Virus record (IMG/VR): IMGVR_UViG_3300031787_000001
Location: 1-64,000 of that record
DNA: 64,000 nucleotides
Strand: one strand, 5' to 3'
Position 1 is the stretch's first letter. Every line of letters begins with the position of its first letter. This document shows, piece by piece, positions 10,811 to 19,425 of this stretch. Both the position numbers and the translations under genes were made by a program. The notes beneath the pieces were generated by a model. It saw only the letters and a list, made by a program, of their open reading frames with translations. It ran no database searches and was not told where the DNA came from.

Positions 10811-12727
10811 TTATTCATCTACCACTAGATAACTATTTTTTGTTGGTGATACAACTGTAGGTTCAATTTTTATTCTTTTTATTATATTACCAAATTTATC
10901 GTAATCAAATACTATATTATTATTTGTTTGTGGTGCATTATTTGATGTTGTTGCGGTTGTTTTTGTGTTTGATGCTTCTTTGTTTTCTTTGTTCATATTT
11001 TGAGCCTTAAGTCCATCCCTAATTATCTTTTGACCTTCTTTTAACTGATTATCTACACTATTACCCATTTTATCAACAAAGTCTGTAACCAATTTACCTC
11101 CTGCAACCGATTCGGTTTTAGTTGATTGTGCTAATTTAGCTTGTGCTGTTGGTCCAAATCCTAATGTTTCCGCAAGTTGAGTTCCTTTTTTACCCGCCTG
11201 ATTCATACCCAATAACGCAATGTAATTGACATCTCTTTTTATGTTTTCAATATTTGAAGCCTGTCCCCTCGCAATGTCTTCTGTTGTTTTTTCTTTTAAT
11301 TGGTCTTGGTATTGTAATAATTCTTTTGCTTGTTGGTCTGTTAACTCATCTAATGCAACTTCTTGTTTACCAAAATATTTTTGTAAATCTGGTGATTTTC
11401 CTAAATCGATGGTCATCTTACCATCTTTCATTCTCGCTATGTTTGTTAAAAATTCCGTTTGGTCAGGATCTAAAGTTAAACCTCTAGCCAATAAATCAGA
11501 AGCCGCCGATGATTTTTCAGCCGCTGCCAAAGCACCTTGTGCGAGTTCTTTGTATGAAATACCCATTTGAGCGGCCATTTCTTTTGCTCTACGTAAATTA
11601 ACACCAGTTATTTCAAATCTACCTTGTTCAGAATTATATGTTGCCAAACCTTTTGCAGCACCAATTAATGCGTCCTGTAGTCCCTCAACATTGTTTGTTG
11701 ACATGTACATTAATTTAAGTGGATCATTAAAATCACCTATTGCACCACCTAATACTTGTAAATTAGCGGATAATTCTAACGCACCTTCAGGATTCATAAC
11801 TTTATCCGCTATTTGGAAAACTTCATTCATACTCATTCTAAATTCAGTTGCCTTTCTTGCCATAGTTGCCAATCCATCAATACCGTTTTTAAAACCATAC
11901 GAATTTATTTTGTCCATATTTTGTGCTAAGTCACCAATTACTTTTTTAGATTGTAAACCGAGTTCCATAGAACGTTTACCCGCTCTTTCTATTGCTGAAT
12001 TTGCTTCTTGTGCACCTATACCTATTTTTTCAAAATCATCATATAAGCTAACCATGTCTTGCATTGAACCTAAATATGCCTTACCAACCTCTCCCGCCTT
12101 TTCTAATGTTTGTTGATTGACCAATGCAAATCTACCACTTTCATTTACAATTGAAATTGCAGCATCTGCCACCTCCGCAAAACTAATACCAAGTTGAACT
12201 AATCTTGGGTTGGCGTCTGTTATTGTTTCTCTAAAATCTCTAGAAAGATCACCTGTTAAAAGTGCTTTGGAGTTAACTTCTTCTAATAATTTTGTCTGTC
12301 GTGCATAATAACTTTCCATTCCCTTGGCCACCATTTCGACAAGTGTTTTACCCATACCTTGTAAAGTAAAAGTTCCTGTCTTAATTTTTTCCATTAGATC
12401 ATCTATACCCACCAATTGATCTTGTAAATTAGGTAAATAAGTATTTGATTGTGATTCTTGAGTTTTTAATAAACCCATAACAGCGTTCAAAGATGCTGTA
12501 CCAACATCCTTAATTGCACTACCGGTACTAACAGTACCTGTACCACTTGTGCTAGATGAACTTGATCCAGAGTTAGATTGTTTTTGTACCTTATTCCATT
12601 CATCCATTAATCTTCTTTTTTCATCGGAAGTTAATGGATTACCACCATTTTGTCTTAAAGCTTCATTAAATACGTCAGTATAATCATTTGAAAATCTTGC
12701 TAACGCTGAATAATTTAAATTTGGCAT
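10811..12727 (-). CDS. Tape measure protein
   Basis: 638 aa, Ala/Gly/Leu-rich and helical in composition; canonical position after tube and chaperone and before the baseplate genes. Confidence 0.75.
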   Translation of the reverse strand: MPNLNYSALARFSNDYTDVFNEALRQNGGNPLTSDEKRRLMDEWNKVQKQSNSGSSSSSTSGTGTVSTGSAIKDVGTASLNAVMGLLKTQESQSNTYLPNLQDQLVGIDDLMEKIKTGTFTLQGMGKTLVEMVAKGMESYYARQTKLLEEVNSKALLTGDLSRDFRETITDANPRLVQLGISFAEVADAAISIVNESGRFALVNQQTLEKAGEVGKAYLGSMQDMVSLYDDFEKIGIGAQEANSAIERAGKRSMELGLQSKKVIGDLAQNMDKINSYGFKNGIDGLATMARKATEFRMSMNEVFQIADKVMNPEGALELSANLQVLGGAIGDFNDPLKLMYMSTNNVEGLQDALIGAAKGLATYNSEQGRFEITGVNLRRAKEMAAQMGISYKELAQGALAAAEKSSAASDLLARGLTLDPDQTEFLTNIARMKDGKMTIDLGKSPDLQKYFGKQEVALDELTDQQAKELLQYQDQLKEKTTEDIARGQASNIENIKRDVNYIALLGMNQAGKKGTQLAETLGFGPTAQAKLAQSTKTESVAGGKLVTDFVDKMGNSVDNQLKEGQKIIRDGLKAQNMNKENKEASNTKTTATTSNNAPQTNNNIVFDYDKFGNIIKRIKIEPTVVSPTKNSYLVVDE

Positions 12728-12731
12728 TATT

Positions 12732-12881
12732 TTAACCTTTTTCTAATTCTATTATATAATTTATGAAATATCTTCTTATATAAATAGGCATGGACAAAAT
12801 ATCCGAATAGGTAAAACCTTTTTTAACCAAAAATAATATCTCTGAAAGTTGATCCTTTCTATATTCCGTAGAAAGGGCGAA
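12732..12881 (-). CDS. Start-less C-terminal extension of the tail assembly chaperone (G-T-like product reached by +1/-2 frameshift)
   Basis: The frame shifted +1 from 12859..13608 reads (F)ALSTEYRKDQLSEILFLVKKGFTYSDILSMPIYIRRYFINYIIELEKG* to TAA at 12732-12734. It has no start codon before residue 30 and an upstream in-frame TAG; it overlaps TTT TTT CGC at 12877-12885. Confidence 0.7.
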   Translation of the reverse strand, partial: FALSTEYRKDQLSEILFLVKKGFTYSDILSMPIYIRRYFINYIIELEKG

Positions 12882-13608
12882 AAAAGTCCACCCCGAAACC
12901 TATAACAAATAGGACTTCTTCTCCTGATGGGGCGATTGTTTTTTGTGTTAAATCTAAACCTGGTTTGTTATCGTTTATAAATTTTCTAAAGTCCTGAGCA
13001 TCTTTAATTGGTAATCTATCAATAAAATTTTTAATATTCATCATATCTTTATTACCTGCAACAGATTTAATCATAAATTCAAGCCTTTTTGTCATAATCG
13101 GTGGTACACCTAAACCATTCCAACTTTTTTGAATTTCGTCTATTTCACTTTCTTGTTTTTTTGTTAAAAATTTAAAAGTAACATCTACCTTAGATTTTTC
13201 CATAAAATATTTGTATTCACCATTTGAATCTGGTGTTAAAGTGAAATCTTTCATTTTTAATGTACCTAAGTCAACGGTTACATTAAAATCTTTATTTGTT
13301 TTCGGATCAGTTAATGTTACTTTATATTCTGAACCAAAAGCAGTGTTTCTAAGAAAAATTAAAATCGCTTGAATATCTTCATCAATTAATTCGTCAATAG
13401 TTATGTCTCTGTCTAAAACTTTTCTTTTTAATAATTCATTAACAACACCATTCGTATTAACAATATTAGGTGCGGCTAATATATTTTCATCTGTTGCTGT
13501 TAGATATGCGACTCTTACTGATTTTTTATTGTTTGGGTAGTGTATTCCTCTTGATGGTAATTCTACCACATCGTATGCGATTGTTGGGTCTATTCTTAAT
13601 TCTTCCAT
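12859..13608 (-). CDS. Tail assembly chaperone / T4 gp26-like baseplate hub assembly protein
   Basis: VELPSRG...MT(A)xDE(N)IL-type N-terminus and a C-terminal GVDFFRP motif; lies between the tube and tape measure genes. Confidence 0.7.
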   Translation of the reverse strand: MEELRIDPTIAYDVVELPSRGIHYPNNKKSVRVAYLTATDENILAAPNIVNTNGVVNELLKRKVLDRDITIDELIDEDIQAILIFLRNTAFGSEYKVTLTDPKTNKDFNVTVDLGTLKMKDFTLTPDSNGEYKYFMEKSKVDVTFKFLTKKQESEIDEIQKSWNGLGVPPIMTKRLEFMIKSVAGNKDMMNIKNFIDRLPIKDAQDFRKFINDNKPGLDLTQKTIAPSGEEVLFVIGFGVDFFRPFYGI

Positions 13609-13659
13609 AATAAGTTAATTTAATAAATAACTATGTTAAAGTAAAGTTTTTAAAATAAA

Positions 13660-13689
13660 AAAACCAATAGAAAAATATCTATTGGTTTT
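13660..13689 (-). terminator. Intrinsic terminator after the tail tube gene
   Basis: AAAACCAATAG-8 nt-CTATTGGTTTT inverted repeat with A/T tracts. Confidence 0.65.
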
Positions 13690-13710
13690 AAAAATAAAAA
13701 ATTTATAGTA

Positions 13711-14199
13711 TTAATAAACAAGAATACAACGATCTGGTCTTAATCCACAATCAATTGATGCAATTTCATCTTGTTTGTAATCAAGTGAACCAAAATTTAA
13801 ACTTGTTATAAATGTACCTTGAAGAATCCATTTTTCAACAACAACACCTGTTGGGTCCAACATTTCTAATTCAATATCTTTTTTATAACCAGCAGCATAA
13901 CCCATACGACCTGTAACTGATTCTGCATGTAAACGGAACCACTCCATTAACGCCTGTGCGGCAGAAGGACCAATTGGGTCTTTAAATGTTACTTTCATCT
14001 CATCCCATGTAAATCTACCAGCAACATATGTTGAGGTATTTAAAAAAGGAATCTCAGTTGCATTTATTTTTGCTGATGGTCTCTGTGTTGATATTACATA
14101 CCATTCGTTAATTCCCAAAGACGAAGGGAAACGAAGGATAAACCTGTTCTGTCTTTTCGGTTCGTAAGGAACCGGCATTTTCATTAGTAAATCTGCCAT
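13711..14199 (-). CDS. gp19: Tail tube protein (T4 gp19-like)
   Basis: EPKRQNRF...QRPS...YVAGRFTWDEMKVTFKDP...EWF...GYKKDIELEMLDPTGVVVEKWILQG; directly downstream of the sheath gene. Confidence 0.9.
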   Translation of the reverse strand: MADLLMKMPVPYEPKRQNRFILRFPSSLGINEWYVISTQRPSAKINATEIPFLNTSTYVAGRFTWDEMKVTFKDPIGPSAAQALMEWFRLHAESVTGRMGYAAGYKKDIELEMLDPTGVVVEKWILQGTFITSLNFGSLDYKQDEIASIDCGLRPDRCILVY

Positions 14200-14229
14200 T
14201 GTAGATTATTTTGTTTTTTTTATCTTTAT

Positions 14230-14237
14230 TATAAATA
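14230..14237 (-). promoter_or_regulatory. Putative late promoter TATTTATA (tail tube); further copies at 14325-14332 and 14354-14361
   Basis: Same motif recurs upstream of about 19 structural genes in the window. Confidence 0.6.
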
Positions 14238-14429
14238 TGTCGTAAATCAAAAAATATTTTTAGATATTATTGATTTTATCAAATATTTTTCGTAGTTTTT
14301 TACTACTAGTATATCTGGTCCCAGTATAAATATTACAATAAATAAAATAAGTTTATAAATAATATAAAACTAGAATACTGGATCTAGTATACTGGGTGAA
14401 ATATAAAAATATAATCTTTATAAAATAAA

Positions 14430-14445
14430 TGTTTCTCGTGAAACA
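14430..14445. promoter_or_regulatory. parS-like palindrome TGTTTCTCGTGAAACA
   Basis: 15/16 match to the bacterial parS consensus TGTTTCACGTGAAACA; intergenic; the palindrome extends into the AAA/TTT flanks. Confidence 0.6.
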
Positions 14446-14459
14446 TTTTTTAGAATAAA

Positions 14460-14484
14460 AAAGGTGGTCAACTAGACCACCTTT
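14460..14484 (-). terminator. Intrinsic terminator after the tail sheath gene
   Basis: AAAGGTGGTC-AACTA-GACCACCTTT perfect stem, followed by a T-run on the minus strand. Confidence 0.8.
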
Positions 14485-14503
14485 ATTTTTATCTCCTTTT
14501 AGA

Positions 14504-17335
14504 TTATATATTATCAAATGAAGCACCTGTTGGTGTTATAATGAACTCTAAATCAATAAATTCAAGAGAACGAGTAGGTTTAATATAGATTTTACCTCTC
14601 AATGTGTTAGCGTCAATATCTTCAGGGGCATTTGATACCGTAACACGGAAATCATAAAGACCTCTTTCTTTCTTGATTGCTTCCATTATTGGATTAACCA
14701 ATCTTAAGAATTCATTTCTTACCTGATCATCATTTTGTTCAAACAATAATCTAACGGCTACCGCAGATATTAATTTTCTTGCTCTTAATAATAATCTTCT
14801 TACGTTAATTCTATCAAGTGCAGATTCTCTAACTTGTAAGGTTTTATTACCCCAAATTATTGTACCTGTATCTGAGAAAGTCGCAATTGGGTTTATTCTA
14901 CCTTTGTAAAGAATGTCTCTTTCGTCCAATGTTAATTTCTTAACAGCTTTAATTGATTTAACTAAACCTCTTGAATAACCCGCAACCGCGAACCATGGAT
15001 AAGAAACATTATCAGTTAATGCTACATTTCTTAATACCTCACCTGTTGGTGGTATGTAAAGTTGTGTTGCATTATCACCATCTCTTACCTGTATCCAAGG
15101 CCAGTATGTAGCTGAATAGTTACTATCATAACCTAAATCATCTAACATACCAACAACTTCTTCGGCATCATCTACATTTGGTGAATTTATAATATATAAT
15201 GAATCGGCTCTTTCTTCTTCAACCATATCAATTGCTTGATTAGTTAATGAATTGTGATCATAAAAGTTTAGACCAGGCGTTGCGAATACATTTATATTTA
15301 CCGCCTCAGGATTTGAGAATGTTTCAATACCTTTTAGAAAAGCATAATAATCTGAGTTACCTTCAGTAGAACTGAAAACACCACCATTACTTTCCCAGTT
15401 TGACACATATGTATTTTTTCCAAATATGTATTGATCGGTGTTTGTTTTTACATTTCTGTAAATGTCCCAACCATCAAATCCACCATAAGCCGCGAATGTG
15501 AACTTACGGAAAGTTATATTTTCTAACTTATCTTTATTTAAACCTTCTAAATCATATGGGGTTGTTTTATATGTTATACCCGTAATTGACGCGGCGTTAA
15601 CAGATAAGTGGAATGCATATGTTGTTGTATCTTCTGAACTTAAACCTTTATATTTTAAAAGATCGTTATCATACTTGAACCCTTCTTGAGTTGAAAAACC
15701 TAAAGATACTTTTCTTGGTTTATCTCCATTTGTTGTGATTGGAGATCCGTCGGATTCATAACCAACGATATCACCCGCATCGAAGTATTCTGTTTTATAC
15801 ATTAAACTACCCAATATTGAATTTGTTCCGAAACTTGTGTTACTTGAAAAACCTTTGAAACCTGCGGGAATTGCATCTGCCGGTGCGTTTTCTTTCATCT
15901 CCAACATAATGAATTTTGATTTTAATTCATATTCACCATCACTCGTACCTAATTTTTTAGCAATATATCCCGGAACTTCAGGGTCCATAGAACATCTTGA
16001 ATATTTTTCAAGAGCCACTACATTTTCATCGGTATCATTAAAATCACGAACAAGTAAATCAAATTCTTTTGTATCTAAATTAATGTTAGCAATTGTAATT
16101 TTTACTTGTTGATTAGACGCTTCACCATCAGATATTGTGATAACATCAAAAAGATCTGCAACTTTACCACCACGAACTTCAGATACTACTGTTGGTGACA
16201 ATGCAGTACTCCATCTTTCCGCGAAATCGAGTTGGTCTAAATTATAAACATTACTAGTACTTAAACCTCTAATTAAACCTTGTTTATATAAATTTTTAAC
16301 TAAATTAGGATAAGACTCGTGAAGATATAAAGGGAATTCAACATAAGATTTATCAAATACAGAATTACCAATTACTTTACCAATATATTTTGAAGATGTT
16401 AAATCCATACTACATTGATATGATTTAAGACCACCGGTTAATCCATTAACACTTAATTTGAATTCACTTAAAGGATCAGAATCTAATGTAGAAGATGTGA
16501 TATTAACATTTGAAGAATTTGTCACTTCTAATGTTAAAGATTGACCAACATATCTACCTCTAGATCTTAATGCCGCAACAATAACATTCGAATAATCCGT
16601 ATTTAAAGAAGCAGGATACTTGAATCTAGTTACGGTAAATGTATTTCCTGTATCGGGATAAACAAATAAATAAGAATAAACACCATCAATTGTTGTATCT
16701 ACACCTGGAGTTGATTCAGTATAATAAACATTATACCAATTTTTACCATTGTTTGTACCTATTGGTGATGATATTGTTGTACCAGTTAAACCAGATACTG
16801 ATGAATTAGGAACAGGTCCAACTGTAAACCAGTTACCACCATTAAATGTTGTTCCACTTATATACTCAGGTATTGTAGTACCATCTGTTGTTAACTTATC
16901 TGATAGTTCAGTATAAAACGCACTTAATGTAACTGCTGTTGTTGACATTCCACCATTTGTGGTTGTAGGAGTTGCGGTTGTATCTACAGTAACACCACCT
17001 AATGTTCTAATACCAAAAGTGTTAAAAGGTCTGTAACCTGTTAAACCTAAAACTCTTGTTACAAATAATTGATTAGATTCTTCTAAATATGATTTTGCAA
17101 CATATCCTAATTCATATTTTGGATTACCATTACCATCTTTTTCAGGTGATGTTGTTCCGAAATATGTTCTAAACTCATCAAAACTTGTAATTAATACTGG
17201 TTCGAAAGCAGGTCCTTTTAATGTCTCCCCAACCAAACCCAATGTAGTTACACCAACACTTTGTGCAACAAATGTTAAATCTAATTCAGATGTGTACACA
17301 CCTGGTGACACGAATACTCTGTTTGAAGTTGCCAT
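14504..17335 (-). CDS. gp18: Contractile tail sheath protein (T4 gp18-like, 943 aa)
   Basis: FVSPGVYTSELD N-terminus; PWFAVAGYSRG, LYKGRINPI, IWGNKTLQ...SALDRINVRRLLL, IYIKPTRSLEFI C-terminal motifs. Confidence 0.93.
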   Translation of the reverse strand: MATSNRVFVSPGVYTSELDLTFVAQSVGVTTLGLVGETLKGPAFEPVLITSFDEFRTYFGTTSPEKDGNGNPKYELGYVAKSYLEESNQLFVTRVLGLTGYRPFNTFGIRTLGGVTVDTTATPTTTNGGMSTTAVTLSAFYTELSDKLTTDGTTIPEYISGTTFNGGNWFTVGPVPNSSVSGLTGTTISSPIGTNNGKNWYNVYYTESTPGVDTTIDGVYSYLFVYPDTGNTFTVTRFKYPASLNTDYSNVIVAALRSRGRYVGQSLTLEVTNSSNVNITSSTLDSDPLSEFKLSVNGLTGGLKSYQCSMDLTSSKYIGKVIGNSVFDKSYVEFPLYLHESYPNLVKNLYKQGLIRGLSTSNVYNLDQLDFAERWSTALSPTVVSEVRGGKVADLFDVITISDGEASNQQVKITIANINLDTKEFDLLVRDFNDTDENVVALEKYSRCSMDPEVPGYIAKKLGTSDGEYELKSKFIMLEMKENAPADAIPAGFKGFSSNTSFGTNSILGSLMYKTEYFDAGDIVGYESDGSPITTNGDKPRKVSLGFSTQEGFKYDNDLLKYKGLSSEDTTTYAFHLSVNAASITGITYKTTPYDLEGLNKDKLENITFRKFTFAAYGGFDGWDIYRNVKTNTDQYIFGKNTYVSNWESNGGVFSSTEGNSDYYAFLKGIETFSNPEAVNINVFATPGLNFYDHNSLTNQAIDMVEEERADSLYIINSPNVDDAEEVVGMLDDLGYDSNYSATYWPWIQVRDGDNATQLYIPPTGEVLRNVALTDNVSYPWFAVAGYSRGLVKSIKAVKKLTLDERDILYKGRINPIATFSDTGTIIWGNKTLQVRESALDRINVRRLLLRARKLISAVAVRLLFEQNDDQVRNEFLRLVNPIMEAIKKERGLYDFRVTVSNAPEDIDANTLRGKIYIKPTRSLEFIDLEFIITPTGASFDNI

Positions 17336-17375
17336 TGATTTTTCTTTTGATTAAAATATTTTTATTACTTTTATT

Positions 17376-17383
17376 TATAAATA
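17376..17383 (-). promoter_or_regulatory. Putative late promoter (AAAGA)TATTTATA of the sheath gene
   Basis: Recurrent motif, 40 nt upstream of the ATG. Confidence 0.6.
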
Positions 17384-17460
17384 TCTTTATTTTTACCAAA
17401 GATTTTTTTATCTTCAACATAAAAGATAGTATTCTATCCTTTATTATCTTTATTTATCTT
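17382..17460 (+). repeat. Array of TATCTT hexamers upstream of the RHH gene
   Basis: TATCTT at 17382, 17409, 17445 and 17455; TATCCT at 17435; inverted AAGATA at 17423. The last three direct copies are spaced exactly 10 bp apart. Confidence 0.5.
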
Positions 17461-17465
17461 TAGAT

Positions 17466-17624
17466 ATGGAAAAGAAAATAAAAAACATAAAAATTAGTGA
17501 TATTCACCACGAAATGTTAAAAAAACACTGTGATAAAAATGGTTTAAAAATTCATAAGGTCGTGGAAAAAATGATAGAAGAATTATGTAAACCAAAGAAA
17601 AAAGATTTATATGGTGAAACTTAA
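17466..17624 (+). CDS. 52-aa ribbon-helix-helix-like DNA-binding protein (below the ORF-track cutoff)
   Basis: MEKKIKNIKISDIHHEMLKKHCDKNGLKIHKVVEKMIEELCKPKKKDLYGET*: alternating beta-strand, helix, G-L-K turn and second helix. Its stop overlaps the stop of the convergent gene (TTAA 17621-17624). Confidence 0.7.
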   Translation: MEKKIKNIKISDIHHEMLKKHCDKNGLKIHKVVEKMIEELCKPKKKDLYGET

Positions 17625-18862
17625 TATGTGTAAGTTATACCAATTTTAGACCCAACAATAGGTGTAAAACTTAGTTCTACTGTATTTGTACCGGTAACAC
17701 TAAAACTTATATCATCACTTTCAATAAGTCCATTTATTGTAAATGTAACAATATCGTTAATTGGGTTAGATGTTGTAAAAATTAATGACGATCCGTCATA
17801 TGTGAAATTTTCAGTGGTAACTTGTAAAACAAAACCTTGATTGTTAACTAAAATTGCGTTAGATGTTCCTTTATAGTATGTTATTGTTATTACACTACCT
17901 GGTGGAGGCGGTGTAACAAAGGTTACTTTAGATGTTCCCGCAATATGGTAATAATCAACACCTAATTGTTGAATCAGACCGTTTATTGCAACATTAAATA
18001 ATATATCCATAGGTTCACCAACACCAAATATAGTCTGAATACCATTACCATATAATGTTGTGATTATTATGTCTATATTTTTTGGTACCACTTTTTTACT
18101 CATTTTTTTCGTATCAACAAATTCGGTTAATAAAATTGTTCTGTTAACCGCTGGCTTAACTTCAAATTCTTCAGCATCAATTAAAAATCCAAGTAAAATA
18201 AATTGATAGTTTTGAACATAAAATCTCCTACCATCAATTGTATCCATAGGTGTATTGTCTTCAATTCTTTCAAGAATTAATGGTACGTAATGTCCCTTTA
18301 TTGTTGTGTAATCTTGTCTTGAACTAAAATTTTGCATAACCATCTTATTAAATCTGTTCAAGTCTCTGAATTTATTACAAACAATTGTAACGTCATAACT
18401 AATATCTACAGGTATTGGTTGTGGTATTTTATATACATCAGCACCTAACATACCATTAGCATCTTGTTTTTTAACTGTAGAATAATGAAATCTATGTCTA
18501 TCGGGAATAGTCCTTAATACGGATGGATTTGTACCTGGCTGAACATCTGGTTTCCTAACTACAGAAATAAAAGGTAAATTTATGTTTCCCTCCTCATCAC
18601 TATATTCCCACGTATTTTGTAATTCCGCCCATCTTTGTATTGTTAAAATTCTTGGGATCATGGGTATTTTTTTACCATCAGAAACAACAACAAAATTCTT
18701 TTCAACATAATCTAACATACCTCTATCCAAATCATCATGTAAAATAGAATCGGGTAAGTATGGATCTGATTTAGTAATAAAATCTAACAACTCCTGTCTT
18801 CTCGGTAATAATTCTTTACCGAGATAAACTTGAATATTATTTTTCTTTTTAGGTATACCCAT
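17621..18862 (-). CDS. Tail terminator / sheath stabiliser (gp15-like) with two C-terminal beta-rich decoration domains
   Basis: Position between neck and sheath genes; PIPVDISYDVTIVCNKFRDLNRF core; likely start MGIPKK at 18862, just after the upstream stop. Confidence 0.55.
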   Translation of the reverse strand: MGIPKKKNNIQVYLGKELLPRRQELLDFITKSDPYLPDSILHDDLDRGMLDYVEKNFVVVSDGKKIPMIPRILTIQRWAELQNTWEYSDEEGNINLPFISVVRKPDVQPGTNPSVLRTIPDRHRFHYSTVKKQDANGMLGADVYKIPQPIPVDISYDVTIVCNKFRDLNRFNKMVMQNFSSRQDYTTIKGHYVPLILERIEDNTPMDTIDGRRFYVQNYQFILLGFLIDAEEFEVKPAVNRTILLTEFVDTKKMSKKVVPKNIDIIITTLYGNGIQTIFGVGEPMDILFNVAINGLIQQLGVDYYHIAGTSKVTFVTPPPPGSVITITYYKGTSNAILVNNQGFVLQVTTENFTYDGSSLIFTTSNPINDIVTFTINGLIESDDISFSVTGTNTVELSFTPIVGSKIGITYTY

Positions 18863-18863
18863 T

Positions 18864-19376
18864 TTAAACTCCTCTAAATTGACCTTCTTGTACAAATGCA
18901 CAAGTTATTGTTCTATAATGTGGTTTATAACCGAACATTTTATGTTTACCATCAGATGTCACTCTACCGTCATTTGTCACTTGATAGTATCTCATTTTAG
19001 TTTCAGATTCGGGATACCCCACATAATCACCATATTTTATATCTATTTTTAATTCGTCTAAATGTTTGATGTATACAGAAATTGTCATATTCCCGTGTTC
19101 ACTATAACGAATCAAACCCCCTTTATATGAATTATTTTTTGGTTCTTCTATTTTTACCAAAGCATTTATTTCAACAGGAGGAAAAAATTTTATTTCGTCC
19201 ATACCAACCTCACCATAAACATTGTCATTATCTGTTTTTTGTCTATCAACACGATATACAACTACTTTCATGTTCACATCACCATGTAAGTATTCCTGAC
19301 CCAATTCTAAATTGAAATCAAAATCTTCTTGAGAGAAAAACTTGGATAGTCTTGTTATAGGTAATTTATTGTCCAT
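18864..19376 (-). CDS. Neck / head-closure protein (gp14-like)
   Basis: VVVYRVDRQKTDNDNVYGE...KFFPPVEINALV...GDYV pattern typical of T4-like neck proteins; late motif TATTTATT at 19381-19388. Confidence 0.6.
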   Translation of the reverse strand: MDNKLPITRLSKFFSQEDFDFNLELGQEYLHGDVNMKVVVYRVDRQKTDNDNVYGEVGMDEIKFFPPVEINALVKIEEPKNNSYKGGLIRYSEHGNMTISVYIKHLDELKIDIKYGDYVGYPESETKMRYYQVTNDGRVTSDGKHKMFGYKPHYRTITCAFVQEGQFRGV

Positions 19377-19389
19377 ACCTAATAAATAG

Positions 19390-19420
19390 TTTAAAAATAC
19401 ATTCTATTTACTTATATTAG
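19390..19420 (+). promoter_or_regulatory. Bacteroidota-type early promoter candidate TTTA-N19-TATATTAG (helicase)
   Basis: Variant of TTTG-N19-21-TAnnTTTG; ends 5 nt before the ATG. Confidence 0.4.
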
Positions 19421-19425
19421 TTAAT

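Noticed and set aside
12779-12786. TATTTATA as the promoter of the tape measure gene
   Set aside because: It lies inside the frameshift extension, where it encodes I-Y-I; it may be functional but cannot be separated from coding constraint.
14200-14503. tRNA or known ncRNA in the large intergenic region
   Set aside because: No cloverleaf, TTCGA T-loop or CCA end is discernible; the region is too AT-rich. A covariance search was not run.
5604-17335. Stand-alone contractile injection system (eCIS/T6SS-like)
   Set aside because: Capsid, scaffold, prohead protease, neck and DNA polymerase genes in the same window show this is a complete phage.
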